Source: a virus (taxonomy: Duplodnaviria; Caudoviricetes). Taken from it: a stretch of 37,430 bases of DNA. Numbering within the stretch: the stretch's first letter is position 1; each line of letters begins with the position of its first letter. Below the pieces are notes generated by a model. The model was not told where the DNA came from and ran no database searches. It was given only the letters and a program-made list of their open reading frames with translations. A program made the position numbers and the translations under genes. Where the stretch lies: IMG/VR virus record IMGVR_UViG_3300020044_002313, positions 1 through 37,430 of that record; one strand, given 5' to 3'. Below, in pieces: positions 34,125 to 37,430 of the stretch.

Positions 34125-35282
34125 ATGGCTGATTCATATACCGCCAATCTGAATATGACGAAGCCGGAGGTTGGCGCGTCTCGCGATACCTGGGGCACCA
34201 AGCTCAACACTGATCTTGATACGCTAGATGCTCTGTTCAACGCGGCTGGAACTGGAACATCCGTTGGGTTAAATGTTGGCTCTGGCAAGACGCTGAGTGT
34301 TGGTGGGACGCTAACGGCCACTGGAGCTGCATCGTTTGTTAATGCAACCCTGAGCGGAACGCTGAGTGTTGGTGGGACGCTAACGGCCACTGGAGCTGCA
34401 TCGTTTGTTAATGCAACCCTGAGCGGAACGCTTACGGCACCAGCAATCACTAGCCCATCAGCAACTGCTCTTAGCATTAAGTCGGCTGGCACGACTGCGA
34501 TGACGATTGATACGAGCCAGAATGTAGGGATTGGGACGAGTTCGCCGGGAGCAAAACTTGAAATTGCAACAACAAACCAGTCAATGAAGATCACTGGTTC
34601 TGGCGCTGCAAATTGGACAACCGTAGCGAACACATCCCGCAGTTTTAACTATGGCGTTGATGCTACTGGTTTCAACATTTACGATAATACTGCTGCTTCT
34701 TATCGAATGATCATCGACGCCAGCGGCAATTTGCTGGTGGGCCTTACAAGCCCACTTGGGAACGAAAGAATTTCGGTTACAGGCTCAGGAACTTATGTTG
34801 GTGTTTTCCAGCAAAACACCAACACAAGTGGGTATCATGTTCTCCGTTGCGGCCTTCAGCAGAATGGCGGCAATACTTCTTCGTATTTCCTTTGGGGGAA
34901 CACTAACAATGTCGGCAATTGGTATCTGTATGGAAACGGCACTACCTCTTTCTCGTCGGACCAGCGGCTAAAGAAAAACATTGAAACGACCCGTGATGGC
35001 TATCTTGAAGATGTGGCAAAGCTTCGTGTCGTTAAATATAATTGGCGAAATGATGAAGATGGAACTCCAAAAGAGCTTGGCCTGATTGCGCAAGAAGTTG
35101 CAGAAGTCTTCCCCGGCCTTGTGCAGGACGATATAAGCAAAATTTCTGAAGAGGACGATACTGTGTATAAGCAGTTGAAGAGCAGCGTTTTGCCCTTCAT
35201 CCTCTTGAAGTGCATCCAAGAACTAACCGCCAAGAACGACGCGCTTGAGGCTCGTCTTGCTGCGCTGGAGTCTAAGCAATGA
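34125..35282 (+). CDS. Tail fibre/spike with C-terminal intramolecular chaperone (peptidase S74-type)
   Basis: KPEVGAS.DTWG.KLN N-terminus; NVGIGTSSP repeat; [16 protein letters not shown], terminal coiled coil. Confidence 0.88.
   Translation: MADSYTANLNMTKPEVGASRDTWGTKLNTDLDTLDALFNAAGTGTSVGLNVGSGKTLSVGGTLTATGAASFVNATLSGTLSVGGTLTATGAASFVNATLSGTLTAPAITSPSATALSIKSAGTTAMTIDTSQNVGIGTSSPGAKLEIATTNQSMKITGSGAANWTTVANTSRSFNYGVDATGFNIYDNTAASYRMIIDASGNLLVGLTSPLGNERISVTGSGTYVGVFQQNTNTSGYHVLRCGLQQNGGNTSSYFLWGNTNNVGNWYLYGNGTTSFSSDQRLKKNIETTRDGYLEDVAKLRVVKYNWRNDEDGTPKELGLIAQEVAEVFPGLVQDDISKISEEDDTVYKQLKSSVLPFILLKCIQELTAKNDALEARLAALESKQ
34290..34432. repeat. Perfect 69-bp tandem duplication
   Basis: 34290-34358 equals 34359-34427; encodes [23 protein letters not shown] twice. 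Confidence 0.93.
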
Positions 35283-35611
35283 GCGTGACGAACACTTGGG
35301 TCATCGAACAGATGGATTGCTACCCGCAAGCTGAAGGGCAGACGGATGTTGTGTTCAATGCTGATTGGCGGGTCATAGCAACCGATGGGACATATCAAGC
35401 CAGAAGCAATGGATCGCAGCCAATTACATACAAGGCTGGAACACCGTTCACTCCATATGGCGCATTAACTCAGGATCAAGTTATCGGCTGGGTCCAAAAT
35501 GCTATGGGATATAAAGAAGTCAATGCAATCCAGGATCGTCTGGTGGTAGAAATACAGAACCAGTCAACGCCTCCTGTAGTGACGCCTCCACTGCCTTGGG
35601 GTAAATCTTGA
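35279..35611 (+). CDS. Tail-fibre-associated small protein
   Basis: TW.I..MD.......DVV....W, F.PY..LT.DQVIGWV, PLPW; coupled to the fibre gene. Confidence 0.7.
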   Translation: MSVTNTWVIEQMDCYPQAEGQTDVVFNADWRVIATDGTYQARSNGSQPITYKAGTPFTPYGALTQDQVIGWVQNAMGYKEVNAIQDRLVVEIQNQSTPPVVTPPLPWGKS

Positions 35612-35641
35612 AATGTTGGACTGAAATAAAAGGCTCAGAAT

Positions 35642-37384
35642 ATGCCACTTGCACCAATCACCATTCCTCCTGGTGTCGTAAAGACAGCCACGCCTTTGCA
35701 GGTGAAGGGGCGCTATTGGGATGCCAATCTGGTGCGTTGGCGCTCTAACAAGCTGCTTCCTGTTGGCGGGTGGCAGCGTATCACGGCAACCCCTCTTGCA
35801 AGTACCCCTCGCGCCTTGTTCACCTGGACAACCAACTCAGGGACGCATCTGACGATGGTTGGCTGCGGTGACACTCTTTATGCGCTTGAGGGTGCAATTT
35901 ATACAGACGTCACGCCTGCCAACTTTGTAGGTGAAGAAGCTGGATCAGTTGGTGGCTATGGCGCCTGGAACTATGGGACGCTGCTTTATGGCGATGACAC
36001 TGATGCCACCTATCCAAGGCCGCAGTCTGCCTATTTCATACCGTCCTTTTCGTGGACCTTCGACAATTGGGGCGGCGATGTTCTGGCTGTTGCATCGAGC
36101 GATGGCCGGTTGCTGCATTATGGTGAGGGTGAGGATCAGGCGCACCCTGTTGGCTACAATGACATTGCAACTGCTGTCAGGGCTTCCAACGTCATAACGA
36201 TCACCACAGACCATCATCATGGGTTCATTGTTGGTCAATCTGTGGTCATTACAGGAACCAGCGTTGGTTCGATGAATGGCACGTTTACGATTGCAACGGT
36301 TCCAACTGATTCATCATTTACCTATGCCAACTCAGGGACAAATGCCTCTGGGACAGGTGGCGTGGCAAAGTCTGCTAATGCCGATCTTCCTCCTATCAAC
36401 AACCGTGGCGTCATTGTTACAGCAGAACGCCATGCAGTCTTGATTGGCGCAGGTGGAAACAATCGCCGGGTGGCATGGTCAGCCTCCGAGGATTACACCA
36501 ACTGGGATTATGCCGACACGACGATAACCTCTGGCTATCTCGATCTAGATACATCAAGCGGGATCATCATGTGCGCGGCAGTTCGCGAAGGCACCCTGAT
36601 CTGGACCGAGGATGAGGCATGGCTGATGCGCTATATAGGCCTTCCCTACATCTACGCTATCGAGCGCATTGGATTTGGCTGCGGTTTGATCGCACCGAGA
36701 TCATTCGCCACGTTTGCCGGTCGATGCATCTGGATGGGGAAAGAAGGCTTTTGGCTCTATGACGGCGGCGTTGTGAAGCCTCTGCCGTGCGATGTTGGCT
36801 CCTATGTCTTTGACAACATCGACCCTGATGCGGGCATCCTCTACACGCACGGGGCGGACAATAGCGTCTTTCCAGAAGTTTGGTTCTGGTATCCAGCAGA
36901 TGGCGAGGAAAATCCAAACCTGTATGTCTGCTACAATTATGCAGAAAACTGGTGGTCCATTGGCGAGATGGAACGTACAGCGGCACAAGGCGCTGGGATC
37001 TATCAATATCCGATGACCGGCGACAGTTCTGGCGAGTTGTACTTCCAAGAGAACGGCTGGACGGCTGCTGGCGTCCCGATCACCACTGGCCGCTATGCCG
37101 AGACATCCAGCATCAACGTCACCAATGGATCGACGCTTGCCCATGTAAAGCAGACGATCACGGACAGCGGTTATGGATACTCCAGCACTCAATTGACGTA
37201 TTTCAGCAGCTTCACGCCAGAAGGGACGGAGTACACATCTGGCCCGTTTAGCCCGCGGTCCAATGGTTACTGCGATACCCGCGTGACCGGGCGCGACTTC
37301 CGTGTGAAGATAGCTTCGACCCAGGATGCCGAATGGAGCATTGGCGAGATGCGCATTGATCTGACAAGCGGGGGTGGTCGATGA
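35642..37384 (+). CDS. Tail hub / DNA stabilisation protein (P22 gp10, tail tubular B-like)
   Basis: 580 aa beta-rich; VAWS..ED...W, GCGLI, EVWFWYP, YNY.EN.W; precedes the ejection module on the circle. Confidence 0.8.
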   Translation: MPLAPITIPPGVVKTATPLQVKGRYWDANLVRWRSNKLLPVGGWQRITATPLASTPRALFTWTTNSGTHLTMVGCGDTLYALEGAIYTDVTPANFVGEEAGSVGGYGAWNYGTLLYGDDTDATYPRPQSAYFIPSFSWTFDNWGGDVLAVASSDGRLLHYGEGEDQAHPVGYNDIATAVRASNVITITTDHHHGFIVGQSVVITGTSVGSMNGTFTIATVPTDSSFTYANSGTNASGTGGVAKSANADLPPINNRGVIVTAERHAVLIGAGGNNRRVAWSASEDYTNWDYADTTITSGYLDLDTSSGIIMCAAVREGTLIWTEDEAWLMRYIGLPYIYAIERIGFGCGLIAPRSFATFAGRCIWMGKEGFWLYDGGVVKPLPCDVGSYVFDNIDPDAGILYTHGADNSVFPEVWFWYPADGEENPNLYVCYNYAENWWSIGEMERTAAQGAGIYQYPMTGDSSGELYFQENGWTAAGVPITTGRYAETSSINVTNGSTLAHVKQTITDSGYGYSSTQLTYFSSFTPEGTEYTSGPFSPRSNGYCDTRVTGRDFRVKIASTQDAEWSIGEMRIDLTSGGGR

Positions 37385-37430
37385 AAGTCAATCTTCCGCC
37401 AGCACCGGCTAAATATGAGCCTGACTACTT
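37310..37430. repeat. Terminal direct repeat, copy 2
   Basis: Identical to 1-121. Confidence 0.97.

Noticed and set aside
1-37430. tRNA, integrase/att site, reverse transcriptase/DGR, insertion sequence
   Set aside because: No cloverleaf, recombinase, RT or transposase motifs, nor an adenine-variable repeat pair, seen by eye; a tool-based scan could still find weak cases

Overview
The window looks like a complete, circularly permuted tailed-phage genome of about 37,309 bp; bases 1-121 are repeated exactly at 37310-37430. All credible protein genes are on the + strand. It has a P22-like podovirus layout: terminase small and large subunits, portal, scaffold, major capsid, adaptor, tail fibres, a GH108 lysis cassette, a gp10-like tail hub, and then internal ejection proteins including a lytic transglycosylase. 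The early/replication arm carries small regulators (Cro-like HTH, OmpR/CtrA-type winged helix, DnaA-C-like, GapR/DUF2312), RuvC-like and RecE-like nucleases, an SSB, a VapE-type helicase without a primase domain, a C5 methyltransferase and an iteron-like origin. GapR and the regulators suggest an alphaproteobacterial host. I saw no integrase, DNA polymerase, tRNA or CRISPR array. The most notable observations are: (1) two different Cys-rich PP-loop/PAPS-reductase-like enzymes, one inside the ejection-protein operon and one beside a ParB-methyltransferase between the terminase genes, plus a HiPIP-like protein; (2) a C5 methyltransferase apparently split over two overlapping reading frames; (3) a probable ~120-nt antisense small RNA with its own promoter and terminator; (4) a repeat-linked array of mini-genes; (5) a GLL(G) motif shared by the ejection proteins. 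All family calls come from motif recognition by eye, not database searches.
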